NCBI GenBank assembly: GCA_951406725.2
Contig: OX597821.1
Span: forward strand, 35,898,001 to 35,962,000
Reading direction: 5' to 3'
DNA: 64,000 nt
Origin: Octopus vulgaris
Taxonomy: Eukaryota
The notes beneath the pieces were generated by a model. The model searched no databases, had not been told where the DNA came from, and saw only the letters and a program-made list of their open reading frames with translations. Of this stretch, positions 15,531 to 29,089 are shown in pieces; the stretch's first letter is position 1, and each line of letters opens with the position of its first letter. The position numbers were made by a program, and so were the translations under genes.

Positions 15531-16135
15531 ACGGAGCGAATATCTCCAGCATTTATAGGCTATCCTGCTTTCTCTCAATGGTGTTACGACCACTCATTAA
15601 AATGTCCCTAGATATCTGTGTGAATACGGAGGATCTCTTATCTTAATTATAAAATATACAACCTCACCGCCAATTTTTTTTTCTATGTTTTAAGAAAAAA
15701 AATTAAATTAAAAAAATGGTACTCCTGCATGTTTACAAATTTAAATAAATAAAATGTATGAATGGTTTGAATCAAATAGGGTCATTTCTTTACTTTTTGT
15801 TTCTTATAATTACTAATTAATGATTGAATACTTAATCAAACTTACAATTATAGTTTTTATACTTAACATTTTACTTTGAATGACTGATTGACTAATAAAT
15901 TGATTTGTTTATATCTTGCATTTGGGTAATTTCAGTCAATATTTAGCACTGCAACTTGCGTTTTTTGACTACTACAATGAAAAACAAATGTTTGTCTTTT
16001 TTTTTTACATTTTAGATTACAAAAACTTTTGGGGTTATATATTTTATAATTAAGATAATAAGAAACAACTTATAGTATAAATGTCTGCAAGCAATAATGA
16101 ATCTCTGAACGAGATGTAAACAGTAACTGCACGAC

Positions 16136-16279
16136 AATGTAAGGTATACAAGCCATCTCAATATGGCTAACCACTAAGGGTGGGTAGCCCATGAGACCAT
16201 GATCTCCTGGGGCTACAAGCTACAGTAACACCCACCCTTAGTGGTTAGCCATATTGAGATGGCTAGTATACCTTACATT
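16136..16279. repeat. 144-bp hairpin with 50-bp arms (49/50 matched)
   Basis: 16136-16185 versus 16230-16279. Confidence 0.9.
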
Positions 16280-18354
16280 TATATAGTATAATTGTCAAGC
16301 AGAAAGTGATTTTTTGATTAGGAGAAGGTTTCGAATTAAATTCTAACACTAAGCAGACAGTCTGTGCATGTCATCTTGCTCTATCTTTTACTTCTCCCTT
16401 CCTCTTCCTCTTCCCGCATCCTTCCACCCCACACATCAGAGCAACGAACTTTTCCAACTACTGCTTTTCTTCACATAAGATATTGCCGATCCATCAGTTG
16501 ACAAATTTATTCCGAGATTTGCATAGTTATTTTGGTCAAACTTAGAAGCTCCTTATATCAAAATTATCAGTGGGGTGCAGCTCCAACACTCCAGCTTCAA
16601 CGTACGAATAAGCTATTATATCATTTTAGTTTCTTTGAATTTAGGAAGCATTATTGCGTACCAGGCGGCTACAGATAACTCTGACTCCTTTTGCAGCATT
16701 GCTCCTAATTTGAAACTAGTGTAGTATGTTCGCAATCAGGCATTTGTTTAGTAATTAGTGTTTTATCGGTTTTATATTCTGCTTGTGACGAGAATACCAT
16801 TTGCTATCAGGTTTATATATGTTTACTACGGTTCCAGAAACTTACACGTGTCATTTTCCTCAATCTGCCAGCGTTCTTGTTGACAGTCAAATGCAGTTGG
16901 GTTGTCCACCGCACAGAATGGCTTCCCTCTGGCCATTTGCAGTTGTGTGTTAGGGTTTACCGCTTCCCATCACCCATGTATTATATACATCCACTCTACT
17001 TTTTTGCTTTGGCGTAATTTAATCCACGATGTGCGTGTGCTTCTAGTGTAAATGTAGTCATGATGGTGTTTTTAATATTAAGTTTCTCCTTGAATCATAA
17101 AGTGATGGAAAAATTCCTCAGCCCTGCTACATCTCTTCATGTCATATGGCACTGGAACACCTCTTATGATTCTTGCCTGATGCACGCTTTGAAATTTCCT
17201 GTGAGTAACAGTTCATCTTTCTGGTCATTTACAAAGTATAGAATACCTTCCCTTTTGCATCATCAGAGTTGATCATCGTAATATCTAACAGTATTGTACA
17301 TCTTTGTCAGTCTCTACGTTCTGAGTTCAAATCCTCCAAGGTCGACTTTGCCTTTCATCCTTTCGGGGCCGATAAATTAAGTACCAGTTGTGTGCTGGGG
17401 TAGATTTAATCGACTGGTCCTCTCCCCCAAAACTTCGGGCCTTGTGCCTAGAATAGAAAAAAATATATTGTACACCTTATTTCGTTCGACTGTTATATTC
17501 GATGGTTTCAGTCACTGAGTTTCTATAACTTAAAGATCCCAAGAGAACGAATGGTATGCCGACATTCAATCTTACAATGGTTATTCTGATGACTAAGGAT
17601 GAAGTGATACCCGAATACATGTTCCTAGTTGCCTCACATAAGTACAGTATATGTAGTTTCATCTTTGAATACGAAGGCTGACATATTCGGTAGAAGTATT
17701 TTCGCTTAGTTCTACACACCTGGCTCTAAGTGCGAATTATGCTGATAATATAATGATTACATGCATAAAAATTCTCACAAGTTGTATGACGCACCAACAT
17801 CTTATAAAATGACTAGTATTCTATAAGAGGAATATAATTTCATTATATTGATGCGTTATTTGTGGTAGTTTTTTGTTCAAGTGAGTAGATTTCATCTATC
17901 AGTGTTGAAAGCACATGAGCTGGTGCACAATATAAAAGAATATTAGTTTGTCTAATGTTGCGTATTAGATTTTTACATTAATTATTATTTTGTGTAGTGC
18001 CCCGTACTAGTTAATATCTGTACATAAGAAAGCTTCTTTAAATGAAGAACCTTGAAAAACATATTAATTAATGACCACAGAGCCATGAAATCTGCCATAG
18101 TAAATGATGCACACAGATTCCAGTATTTTCTGAACGGTGAGCAGGTCCGGCGTCGTTAGTTAGACTGGATTTTCTTCAACTCGTCTCATTGACGGAACTG
18201 AAATACAGGATCCACCGTAGACCAGGTAAAAGCACCTGGCACCCGAAATGTGGTAAGCTTTGACATGCCGCTACCATCGGGCAATGCAGTTGGTAGTAGT
18301 TCAAAAATGGAGTTCTATAGGGGCTGAGTGGCAGTCAAAAGCGACGATGCTGAA

Positions 18355-19095
18355 GTATATATAGACACTGGAAAGTGCCGGACTCGAAGGAGACACTATA
18401 AAATGAGGGACTATATGTAGTCACACCACAATGGCAGACAATACGTAGACATTATGTCATGCAGGATCATATGTAGGCACCTTAATAGGCCGGATATATG
18501 TTCACACTATAATATACCGGAGTATATGTATACGTTGTATAATGCCGGACAATTTGTAGACTCTCTAAAATGCAGGTGTATGTATGGACACTGTGAAATG
18601 CTGGATTATATGTAGTTAGAGAAAATGCTGATTATTGGTGGACTCTAGAACATTCCGGATTAAATACAGATTAAGTAGAATGCCGGACTATATGTAGACC
18701 CTATAAAATGCAGGACTATATGTAGATGCTGTAAAACGCCGAATTCTATCTAGACATAAAATGCCGGAATATATGTAGACACTATAGAGTTCCGTAACAT
18801 ATGTGGGCTTTATAAATTGCCGGACTATATATATACACTCAATAAGGCCGAACAATGTGTACACAATACGAAATATTGGACGATAAATAGACATTATAAA
18901 GTGCCGGATTACATGTAGACACTTTAATAGTCCGGATATATGTTCACACTACAATATGCCGTATTATATGTAGAGTATGTAAAACACCGGATAATTTTGT
19001 GAACGCTGTGAAATGCCGAATTATATGTAGTCAGAGTAAATACCGTATTATATATGGAGTGTAGCAAAGATTCGGGTTATATAGAGACATTGTGA
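18355..19095 (+). repeat. Degenerate 28-bp minisatellite (~25 copies)
   Basis: Consensus approximately TATGTAGACACTATAAAATGCCGGACTA. TATGTAG at 18691 and 18719. Confidence 0.85.
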
Positions 19096-19966
19096 AGTCA
19101 ATTATCAAATAACATTAAATTAGTAACCCAATAGTAAGAATTCAAATAAAGTAGCCCCGAAAAGAGCTTTAGTGCGTTCCCAGAGTATATTGAACATAGG
19201 AGGAAATACTAACAAGGTATCTATACTAAAATCGTGAAGACTGTTACGTAATAACTGGCTGATCAGATATGAGATAATAACAATTCAAAGTAAATAACTC
19301 TGAAAAGGACTTTTGTGTGTCACCAGAGAATATTACCTTCAGGAGTGCTAGTGTTGGTATATTCGCGAATAAGTCACTAAACGAAGTAAGTGGATCTAAT
19401 GTTTAGGAAAATATTGTGAAAATAACTCTAATAGTTCAAATACTATGAAATGAACATACTCAAATTCATTTTTTCAAATTGAGGAAAATGAATGGGTTAT
19501 TTCCCTTGGCTATATATGTGTATCTCCTCCAGGATCAAATGGGTCATTTGCCTTGGTTTTTAAACCAAAATATATTAGATGTATACAAGGATACCTTCTA
19601 GGTGCACTCACATGTCAAATCTGCCAGAAGCTCACATGTTGCTACCTACAACCCCCAGCCATACACACAAATCAACATCGCCTCGTACCCCGCTTTCACG
19701 TGCTTGCAACATATACTGGGTACAGGTAATATTGTAGTAACATTTAACAGCCATATTTAGTATATTTATTAAATATAATTTGTTTTCAATTATGCATTAA
19801 TGCATAAATGTGTTGAGATACGTGAATAAATATGTGCATACATGTGTATATATGCATATACATATGTGAATACATGCATATATTGCCACGTATATGTATA
19901 TATTATTCCCCCAATTGTATATCTTGAATGTGTGTGCATGCATATCAGTGTAAACGTATATGTATG

Positions 19967-20019
<53 letters not shown>

Positions 20020-20245
20020 GAAATATTAAAATTACTAAGTCTCTCTAAAAGAGAACAACGGCAGCGTTCCCGGAAAATATTAGTTATCGCCATACTAATA
20101 TGGCATTCTTATAAAAATAACAATAAAGCTGACCGCTTATTAGCTCCATGAGGCCATCGCCTTAAGTTAGCTATTTGATACACAAACTGTATCCATATAA
20201 CCTTTGAACAAGGGAGGTCAGTCGCTCCACACTACTTGGCCGGCA

Positions 20246-20287
20246 GCTACAGACGCGTTTCGGGGTATTGCCCCTTTTCAATGCAGC
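20246..20287 (-). ncRNA. Minimal type I hammerhead ribozyme, U3-A8 variant
   Basis: Minus: GCTGCA TTGAAAA GGGG caata CCCC GAAA CGCG TC TGTAGC. 6-bp stem I, palindromic ACGCGT stem III, GUC triplet, compensatory U3/A8. Confidence 0.8.
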
Positions 20288-20882
20288 GTAGCCAAACCAG
20301 TAGGTGTCGCTTCCGACAATCTCTGTTCAAAGGTTTATTTACCTAGCTTCGGTGGAATACATCCACTTGTTTTCAATAATAGAAATATTAAAATTACTAA
20401 GTCTCTCTAAAAGAGAACAACGGCAGCGTTCCCGGAAAATATTAGTTATCGCCATACTAATATGGCATTCTTATGAAAATAAGAATAAAGCTGACCGCTT
20501 ATTAGCTCCATGAGGCCATCGCCTTAAGTTAGCTATTTGATACACAAACTGTATCCATATAACTTTTGAACAAGGGAGGTCAGTCGCTCCACACTACTTG
20601 GCCGGCAGCTACAGACGCGTTTCGGGGTATTGCAAATAGCTAACTTAAGGCGATGGCCTCATGGAGCTAATAAGCGGTCAGCTTTATTCTTATTTTTATA
20701 AGAATGCCATATTAGTATGGCGATAACTAATTTTCCGGAACAGCCGTATGTATATCTTTTAGAGAGACTTAGTAATTTTAATATTTCTATTATTGAAAAC
20801 AAGTGGATGTATTCCACCGAAGCTAAGTAAATAAAACCTTTGAACAGAGATTGTCGGAAGCATACCTACTGTGTTTGGCTAC

Positions 20883-20923
20883 GCTGCATTGAAAATGGGC
20901 AATACCCACGAAACGCGTCTGTA
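20883..20923 (+). ncRNA. Inverted, slightly degenerate copy of the U3-A8 hammerhead
   Basis: GCTGCA TTGAAAA TGGG caata CCCA c GAAA CGCG TC TGTA. Confidence 0.6.
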
Positions 20924-21072
20924 TTCCCCCAATAGTGTAGCGACTACTCCCTTGTTCAAAGGTTATATGGATACAGTTTGTGTATCAAATAGCTAACTGT
21001 AAGGCGATGGCCTATGGATAATAAGCGGTCAGCTTTATTCTTATTTTTATAAGAATGCCATATTGTATGGCG

Positions 21073-21125
<53 letters not shown>

Positions 21126-21639
21126 GTGTGTGTGTGTGTGCATAAACACATGCATGTATATCAATTCCTGTGTTCGTTTTCAACGTAATACATATACATA
21201 TAGGTGTATGGATATATGTACACTGTGTTTATATAAGACTGAGGCCCTTTCTGACTATGATTATTTTAAACTGTATCTATTTGTCATATCATTTCAATAC
21301 TATTTTTACTGTAACTTACTACCTAACATTTATTTATAAATAATTGCCCTTACAGAATTTTTTATCCATACCCAGATTTTATACCAATATTAGTAACTAA
21401 GAGAGATTCAGCCTGTTGAATTTGATCACAGAAAATAAAAGTTAATTCCAACAAGCATTAACAGGCTTAAGGGTACAAATCAAAGTAGAAAAGCGGCTGA
21501 AATGCATGAGCTGCACTTGACTATAATCCTCATGCAGGCAGCATCTGTGGGCTTCTTTGTAAATCGTCGGCGGGACTCAAATGCCACGTTCGACATAACC
21601 ACCATATCCGACTATCTATCTACACACAAATACAAACAT

Positions 21640-21681
<42 letters not shown>

Positions 21682-21691
21682 ACACACACAC

Positions 21692-21733
<42 letters not shown>

Positions 21734-22250
21734 ATACAGATATAGATAGATGGATGGATGGATGGATGGATGGATAGATGTATATATATATAAATGTATC
21801 TATAATTGTAATCTAGCTGACGTATCCGGTAATTACCGGGAAATCGGGGTTTATCCATTCTTTCCGTTCTCATATTTGCCTCGCTAATCCAATAATTGCC
21901 TCGCTAATCCAATAACAACAATAAAATTGACGGTTTGTTGTGGCTGTCGATAGGACTGCGATTCCGCAGAGAAATTCTGAAAAGTTACTTCGTGTAGTCA
22001 GCAGGCAGATAACAGTTCCTTGCCTTCTGTCTTACATGTTTTAACCCCAGGTTGGCCCTCTTTAAAAAAGATCAGACCTTGCTAAAGGAAGATCAGAAAC
22101 CAATATTGGTCCGGGATAATAAATGGTAAATGTTTTTCATTTTCAAATTTTTGCTCCTGTCGAATCTTATCCATTATTTTTGTGGCTCTCTAATGCGCTG
22201 AATCTTCACCCTAGGTGTAGATTCCTTATGTGTATAATTTTAAACTATCG

Positions 22251-22337
<87 letters not shown>

Positions 22338-22808
22338 GTGTGTTTCTAATATTTTGTCCATCTCATGTATATATATAGGTCTTACTTGTAAAGGATTGGA
22401 TCGTAAAATTTGTCACATGTCTAACATGAATTTTGATCTCAGGATTTACAAGCTTAATATACTTCTCATTTTAAAGAGATTTCGCATGCTCAATTATTCA
22501 CTGCGTAAGAACCAATTAATCAATGTATTGTTTACAGATGTTGCAAAACGTGATATTTTCAATTGTCACCAACTCAGAAAATTAAATAAAGACAATTAAA
22601 TCTACAAACAAAAGCAAATGAGTAAAAATAACTTTCAGGTATTTGTATTTATGATAATTTTTATCAATCTTAGAAAATTTGCATCCCATGATTTCTTAAT
22701 CATTTTCATTCGAAATTCCTGTCACACAGGTTTTACGAAGGTGTGGAGAGGAGATAAGATTTGAGGTATTATATTGCGATGCAGTTCGTTTCAATTGTTC
22801 GCCAAACG

Positions 22809-22844
22809 CATAAATATAGGCTGTAAAATTTTCAAGAATCAGTT
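22809..22844 (+). promoter_or_regulatory. Core promoter of gene A: CATAAATA box and Inr TCAGTT
   Basis: CATAAATA at 22809-22816, TCAGTT at 22839-22844 (A about 32 nt after box start), ATG 37 nt after that A. Conserved in gene B. Confidence 0.6.
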
Positions 22845-22877
22845 TTAGTTGTGGCAATTGAACGAAACACTACCAAG

Positions 22878-22923
22878 ATGCTGAAATCTTTAATTATCTT
22901 TGCTTTCCTGCTGCTTGTAAAAG
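22878..22923 (+). CDS. Galaxin-like gene A, coding exon 1 (signal peptide MLKSLIIFAFLLLVK + 1 nt)
   Basis: ATG at 22878, 15 mostly hydrophobic codons, then AAAG|GTAAGA donor (phase 1). Identical 46-nt inverted copy at 57775-57820. TATA-like box and Inr upstream. Phase fits the acceptor ending at 36431 (G+AA = Glu). Confidence 0.85.
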
Positions 22924-23199
22924 GTAAGAGAAAGTGGAATGACATTTGTATTCCACTTATCACTTCGCATTCTCATTTTTTTACAGATAATGTGTATGAA
23001 TGACGACTTCGAGGATTGGAAAAACGAGGTATTTAGTTGAGGCCTTTTTTGTTCTTCATTTGAAAACCACCTAAATCGATGTCAACTTTCACTAGATAAT
23101 AGGCCGATGATATGCAATGAAATCCAGTGTAATGTCTTTCCTTGGCGTATATAGACTGTGTATGTGCTATTAAATTATTATATTGTCTGAAGAAGAAGT

Positions 23200-26100
23200 G
23201 TGGCTAGTGTGAAAGTAGTAAGGTGTTAAATGTTTAAAGGACTTAAAATTGGCACGTTATGGATTATAGCAGTAATTGGGACTGTTTTTTAATGAATTCT
23301 TGGGAATCTCTCGAGTGTATCATTTTTAATATTTGCGTGTGTATTTGTGTTATTCTAAGGCCGTGGTAGATATGTCGTATGTCGTAGATGTGTTCAAAAG
23401 GGGTCTGTATGTTGTAATAAAGAGAGTATCTTTACTAATTCGTTGGCTCCAGCTTGTATCGTCCTTGAATTGTTAGAGGTGAAAAATTCTGAAGCCTGGA
23501 TTTTTGTTATTGGCACAAATGCCTATGTGTTGGCTGAATGCTATTTTTTCTGTTTTGGGGGATTTTTATCTGGGATATGTGCAGAGCCAATCTTTTACGT
23601 AGTCTGTTTTTTGTTTGGCCTAAGTATTGCTCTTGACACCCAGAGCAGGTTAGTGCGTATATCAGGTTATCCGAAGCATGATGAAGTTGCTTTTCGCTGT
23701 GAAACGTTGTCCCTCTTTAAAGGAGAACTCTGATCCCTCAATTAAATAGTCGCATATCCCACAGTTGGGTCTTACGCATTTTTTTTACTGCCGACTTCTG
23801 TGTTGTTGAGCGTATTCGGGCTTGTGTTAGGAGACTTTTCATAGATTTGGGCTGTCTCTTGCTTTTTATAATGGTGTGTGGTTGGAGGATTAAGTTCATT
23901 CTGTGGTCCGTTTTTTAGCAGGGGAATGTATTGGAGGATGGTGTCGAAGGCTTCATTGTTGAGAGTGTTGTGTGTGGAGATGTATGGTAGGGCTTTTGTT
24001 TGTAAATTTTTCTTTAATTTGGGATGTAAATTTTTCTTTAATTTGGAAGTTCCTGGATGTTGAGTTGAAGGGCACGTTGAAAAGATATGTCACTTTGTGA
24101 AGGTCGGTAGTTCCTGGTGATGAGCGTATACTTTAGTTCATGTAGTCGTGTGTCTCTGATGTTTGCATTAGAAACTATAGTACATATCCTTTTTGCTAAG
24201 TTGAAGGGGATATTCACTCTGGTGTGTCTGACGTGGTATGAGTTAAACTATAGATATTGCTTGGACTCCGTAGGCTTATAGTATATATCTGTTTCTATTA
24301 CGTTGTTAGATTTCTTAATGAGGATGTCGGCGTAGAGAAGTTGTTGCTTGCTATATTGCATCGTCAATTGAATGTTTACGTCAAGTCTATTTAAAAGTGC
24401 TTGGCATTCTTTAAGTTTCTCTATATTTCATGCCAAAGAATGAAACAGTCATCTAGGTATCTCTTCCAAATATTTTCTATGTAGAGGGAGAATGGGCTGC
24501 CGTATCTTTCTAGAACCTTACGATAAAGACAAATTTCTAGATATCCCGTGACTAGGTTAGCAAATGAGGGCCATTCGCGTACCCATCGCAGTCCACGATT
24601 TTTGTCAGTAGAAATTGTCTTTGAAGGCGAAGTAGTTATTTTCCAGGATGAATTTTAGCCCTTCTATCTCGAATTCTTTTTTGATACGATGTCGGAGTTC
24701 GTTGGCGTACTTCCCTAGCCAGAACTGAATTGCCTCTATTCCTAGGTTGTGGGGGATATTGGAATAGAGGTTGACTACATCGAACGATACTAGTAGGGTG
24801 TTTTTGTTCATTGTTTTAAGGTGATTGAGCACATCCAGGTCATCCCTTATATAGCTTTTGACATGCTTGGGGAATTGTTTTAAAAGGGTATCTAAAAAGT
24901 TACTGAGGCGGTGGATTTCGTATGCGGGACCTGCTATTATAGGTCTCAATTTGAGGTCATTAGGAGTTGGGACTTTAATTATTATGTCTGTGGCTATCTT
25001 GCATGCGTTACTTATTTTCTCACTTTTGTGTATCTTGGGAATACTGTAGAATTGGCTGGTTTTACGTTTGAAATTGGTCATATAGTCATATTCTTTGTTG
25101 GTGAGCCCTTCTTTGTATAGGTTTAACATGGATTTTAGTTCTCTCATTATTTCCTGCTGACTGTAGTGTTGGGCCTTTTCATAATATGTTGTGTCTTCGA
25201 ATATGGATAGTACTAAAGTTATATAAAATACCGTGTCCATTAAGACAACTGCACTCCCTTTATCAGCCTCTTCGATTGTTATTGTTTTGTCATCTTTTAA
25301 TTTGATCAGCTCAGCCCATTCTTTTTTGCTGAAGTTTGGTTTGTGTTTTTGTTTGTACATATGTTGATATGGGTAATTCGACATGTGTTCACAGAGTTTT
25401 GTTCTTTAATGGGGGGGGGGTTAGTTACTCTTATTTCGGACCAACGATTCGTCCTCGTTGTATTTGTCGTATAGCTCCTCAGCGAGTCGTAATTTTCTAC
25501 AGAATTCCGCGAAGTCTTTCTTTTCATTGTAGTTGGGGTGTTGTGGGGTGGGTGTAAACTTGAGGCCTTCCGAGAGTATATTGATTTGGTTTGCTGTTAG
25601 TTCATTGTGAGTTAGATTTATAATTTTTATCACTTTTGGTTCCACCTGCCTGTTTGGTGCTATCTTGTGTCTCTGTGTTTGCCTATTGGGTCTAAAAAAT
25701 GATTGCGGTGGTTGGGACGGTAGCTATTATTTCTTGTTGTTGCGGGGTGCCCTGTTGTGATTTATGGTGTGGGTTCTTGGAGCGATATTGAAAAGTGTGT
25801 CCCGATATCCCATAGGGTCCGTCGTTGGTAATTATTACGTGTGTTGCAGGTTTGTTGTGCATGGTTGTTTAGTATATTGTTGGAACGAAACTTTCGTTGG
25901 TAACTCCTTATGGGGGGAGGAGGTTGCAGCGTCTATCCTGTGGGTAGTGATTTATTCTTTCTCTGTTTGAAGTTAGAGTACTCCCGATACTGTATCGCTG
26001 GTAGCTTACAAAGTTAGGGTTAGGCCCTGTATTCTTATTTTGGGTGGCTTGATGGTTTCGATTTTTAGACAGGTGTGAATCAGTGTTTGAGTGTTGGTTT

Positions 26101-26440
26101 GATTTTCTTATTTTCAGGAAAGGGTTGTTGGAAGCGTGCTCTGTTTGAAAGATGGCTTCATAGTTTGAGAACCAAGCGGCGCTTTTCTCCCAGCGCTGGA
26201 GAGATTTCAGTTCTTCTTTGTCACAGTCCTCTTTCCATAGTTAGGAGATCTTCTCTTGGTCGGGACCTTGGGTCATTTTGCGAATTTCTTGGTTGATCTC
26301 TTCATCGGTAGATTTTACTTTATCTTCATTTGCTTAGGCCCTCAATTTTAGAAGTTCTATTTTTATTCTCATTTTTTTCCAATGCCATTCTTTCCCTGAG
26401 GCGTTTTGTGTTTCAGGTTTATCTGTAATGGCTTTGATCT
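23200..26440 (-). mobile_element. Decayed Penelope-like retroelement (RT) in the intron of gene A, antisense to the gene
   Basis: Peptides INLTHNELT...GLKFTPTP, ADKGSAVV, PKIHK, RPIIAGP, SFDVVNLYSNIP, downstream RYLDD and YKPT motifs, with frameshifts and stops. Confidence 0.85.
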
Positions 26441-26444
26441 AGAA

Positions 26445-28200
26445 ATTATTTTATATAACAAAACTAAAAGATGAACAAGAATTTCCCTGGAAGATACCTC
26501 TTTTGATTGTTACTTCGGCTAATTGCTGGTTGTTACAGCAAAGTCGTGTTTTCCAATTAAGCATGCTGTCCTTAATCAGTGTACATACTTTCTCAGCTAT
26601 ACCACACTTACCGAGTGTTTCAAGAACCCACGAATGCGGCAACATGTCGTAAGCCTTTTAAAATTCATCCAGGCCATGCACAAGTATTTGGTACCGTTTG
26701 CAATTCTTCCTTACAATGTTGATTATCACAAGGTGGTCCTTGGTGTCCTGGGATCCTTGTCGGCCTCCCTTTTCTTCTACTGGATGTAGACTATTTTCCG
26801 CAAGGAACGTGTATATTTTTCCTGCGAGGATGCCTATTAACATTTCTATAAGAGGTTAAGACAGTTGCCAACCTCATTGCCTTTGACCGATCTTTCATCA
26901 ACAATGTTGTCTTTCTCTTTACAATCCATTCCGGAATTGTACCCCTCTGTAGGCAATTGCCTAATTACAACGAAATTCGCTTATGTATTGACCTAAACCA
27001 CTTGAGCCAGTAGCCTGAAATTCCGTCTGGACCTGCCGCCTTACAGTTTGGCACTTTTGATACCTATGCAATTATATCTTTCCTTGTTATGAACACATGG
27101 ACCTGTAGTGGAGACTCGAGGTTATGGAGTTCAAATCTCACGGAATGACTACACTCGGTACCGTGGTTGTTAGAAACGTCTTGCTCCCAGATGTTATTCC
27201 AAATTTGCTGGGCTTTCTCTGCTTCAGGGGGCATATTATCTTTTGTATCTCCTCCTATGTTCTAAAATAAAACTGCCTCTGGTTATTTGATAACTTTTTT
27301 TGCAGGAACTGCGATATGTGATCAGTTTAGTGTTGCACCTTTAATGTCTTTGCTCGCACACGTTGTTTTAGGGTTTCGCTGACAATTTTGAGCGGATTTT
27401 TTCTATTTGGTATTTTGCGGCCAGATTTTACCTTGCACCTTTTTTTAGCCTTTCCCATTGAACTTTGGACTATTTTTCTATGCGACTCAGATCTTTATGG
27501 AAAGTTTTAATGTCGCCTTCTGTTCTCCGCTTCCATCATGCCTCCTTCTCTCCGTCTGCTTTCCTCTATCTCTTTCCAACAAGTTCACCTACTATAATTG
27601 AAACGGATCTGATCAAGTCTGTTGTCTCCGTTAGCTCTTTTGTTAGAATGTATTTCAGAATCTCATCAAACATTGGGGTCACGCGTTTCACATTTTTACG
27701 GGCGAAGCTTCTCAAATTCACCGGCTTGGTCTCACTAATTAAAACCATAATGTCTCAGAATCTTATCCTGAGGCTTTTCTGTTCCTCAGTCATGTCCTCT
27801 CGTAAAGCGATTCATATTATATTGACTGGCTAACCTCTCCTCTACTACAACTTCACCTTGCCTGCGCATTCGCTAATCTTTACCCACATTATCCTCCTCG
27901 ATGTTTTCACCGACATTCTTATTTTAGCCATTGTTCTTGTGTAGCAAGTCTTGTTCATGGCACTTAATTGCCTTTTACAAACCAACAGACACCTGCACTT
28001 GCGAGCACGTTGCATATTTTGAAGAGTAAAAGGACTACGACTGTGTGGAGTCTGGTCTTCCACTCCGGTGCCCTCTGAGGGGCCCCTGCCGGGCGGGGGA
28101 GATCTGGTGTTTTGGCTATCCAAGGAAGTCTACCCTTTCATGCCCTTATTTAGTTGCAAATTGTTATCATTGCAAGGAATGAGAATGATATTTTACAGCG
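26445..28200 (-). mobile_element. Decayed R4/Dong-like LINE fragment
   Basis: [24 protein letters not shown] fragments. Confidence 0.65.
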
Positions 28201-28329
28201 TTTGCTGCTTGGGTGTATTTATTTGAGATTTTCATGTAAAGGGTTACACCAAATACAACACAGGCTCTAGCTTGATTGCCGGCCAAGGCTTTGGGATGCC
28301 AAGTTCGAACTGTGTAACTTGCCGCAGGC

Positions 28330-28970
28330 CTTCCGTAACGCAGAGTACTAGTGGAGAGTTAGAATAGCATTTTGGATGCACAGAAAGGGATGTAAAAGGA
28401 TCGGAAACCTGCTCAGAAACTTCCAGCAGTCTGGCAGATATCGACTGGATATCCCTGATGTGTCACTGTGGGTATGGAGTAAACACAATGGGTAATCCAG
28501 ATAGTATCTAGATAGAGTAGTATTTGTTAAGTCAGCGGAGAGGGGTAGCATAAGGTGTCCACAATTGAAATTGGTCACCTACACAGACCACAAATTTGTT
28601 ATCTGCACAGTCGATTTAGAAAGGACTCGTAGGCAGGGACTCAGGTACTGGAAGGAGTATCGAACTAGTTAAGCGGTAGTTGATGAGGTCATTCGTCAAC
28701 AAACTTTAGTAATAACCCGAAGAAAGCGATTAGAACAGAATCAATGGCATTTTGCAATAGAAAGAAATATATTAGAGGGAAAACTAGTTAGGAAGCTAGA
28801 AGAGACGATTGGTAAAGGCAACAGATGGGGGAAGAATTCCTAATGCTGTTAGTCGGATTGTGGTGAAACTGCCGAAGAAGGGCGGCGACAGTTGGGACGT
28901 ACTAGGTTAATTTTCAGCCCATAATTCTGCTAAACGCAGAGTTTAATATTTTGGTCAAAATGTTAAAGAA
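28330..28970 (+). mobile_element. Tx1/L1-like endonuclease remnant
   Basis: YLDRV, TDHKFV, YWK and similarity to the 13.5-15.5 kb element. Confidence 0.5.
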
Positions 28971-28991
28971 AAAGTGGCTGAGACGAGGTCA

Positions 28992-29089
<98 letters not shown>

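Larger units (their letters stand above)
20016..21072. mobile_element. 362-bp hammerhead-bearing unit: ~1.7 direct copies followed by ~1.2 inverted copies, between (TA)n tracts
   Basis: AATAGAAATATTAAAATTAC at 20016 and 20378. Inversion at ~20633. (TA)n on both sides. Confidence 0.85.

Noticed and set aside
18355-19095. CRISPR-like periodicity of the 28-bp array (also the 52-bp array at 34099-34352)
   Set aside because: Units are contiguous and degenerate with no unique spacers, there are no cas genes, and the context is eukaryotic.
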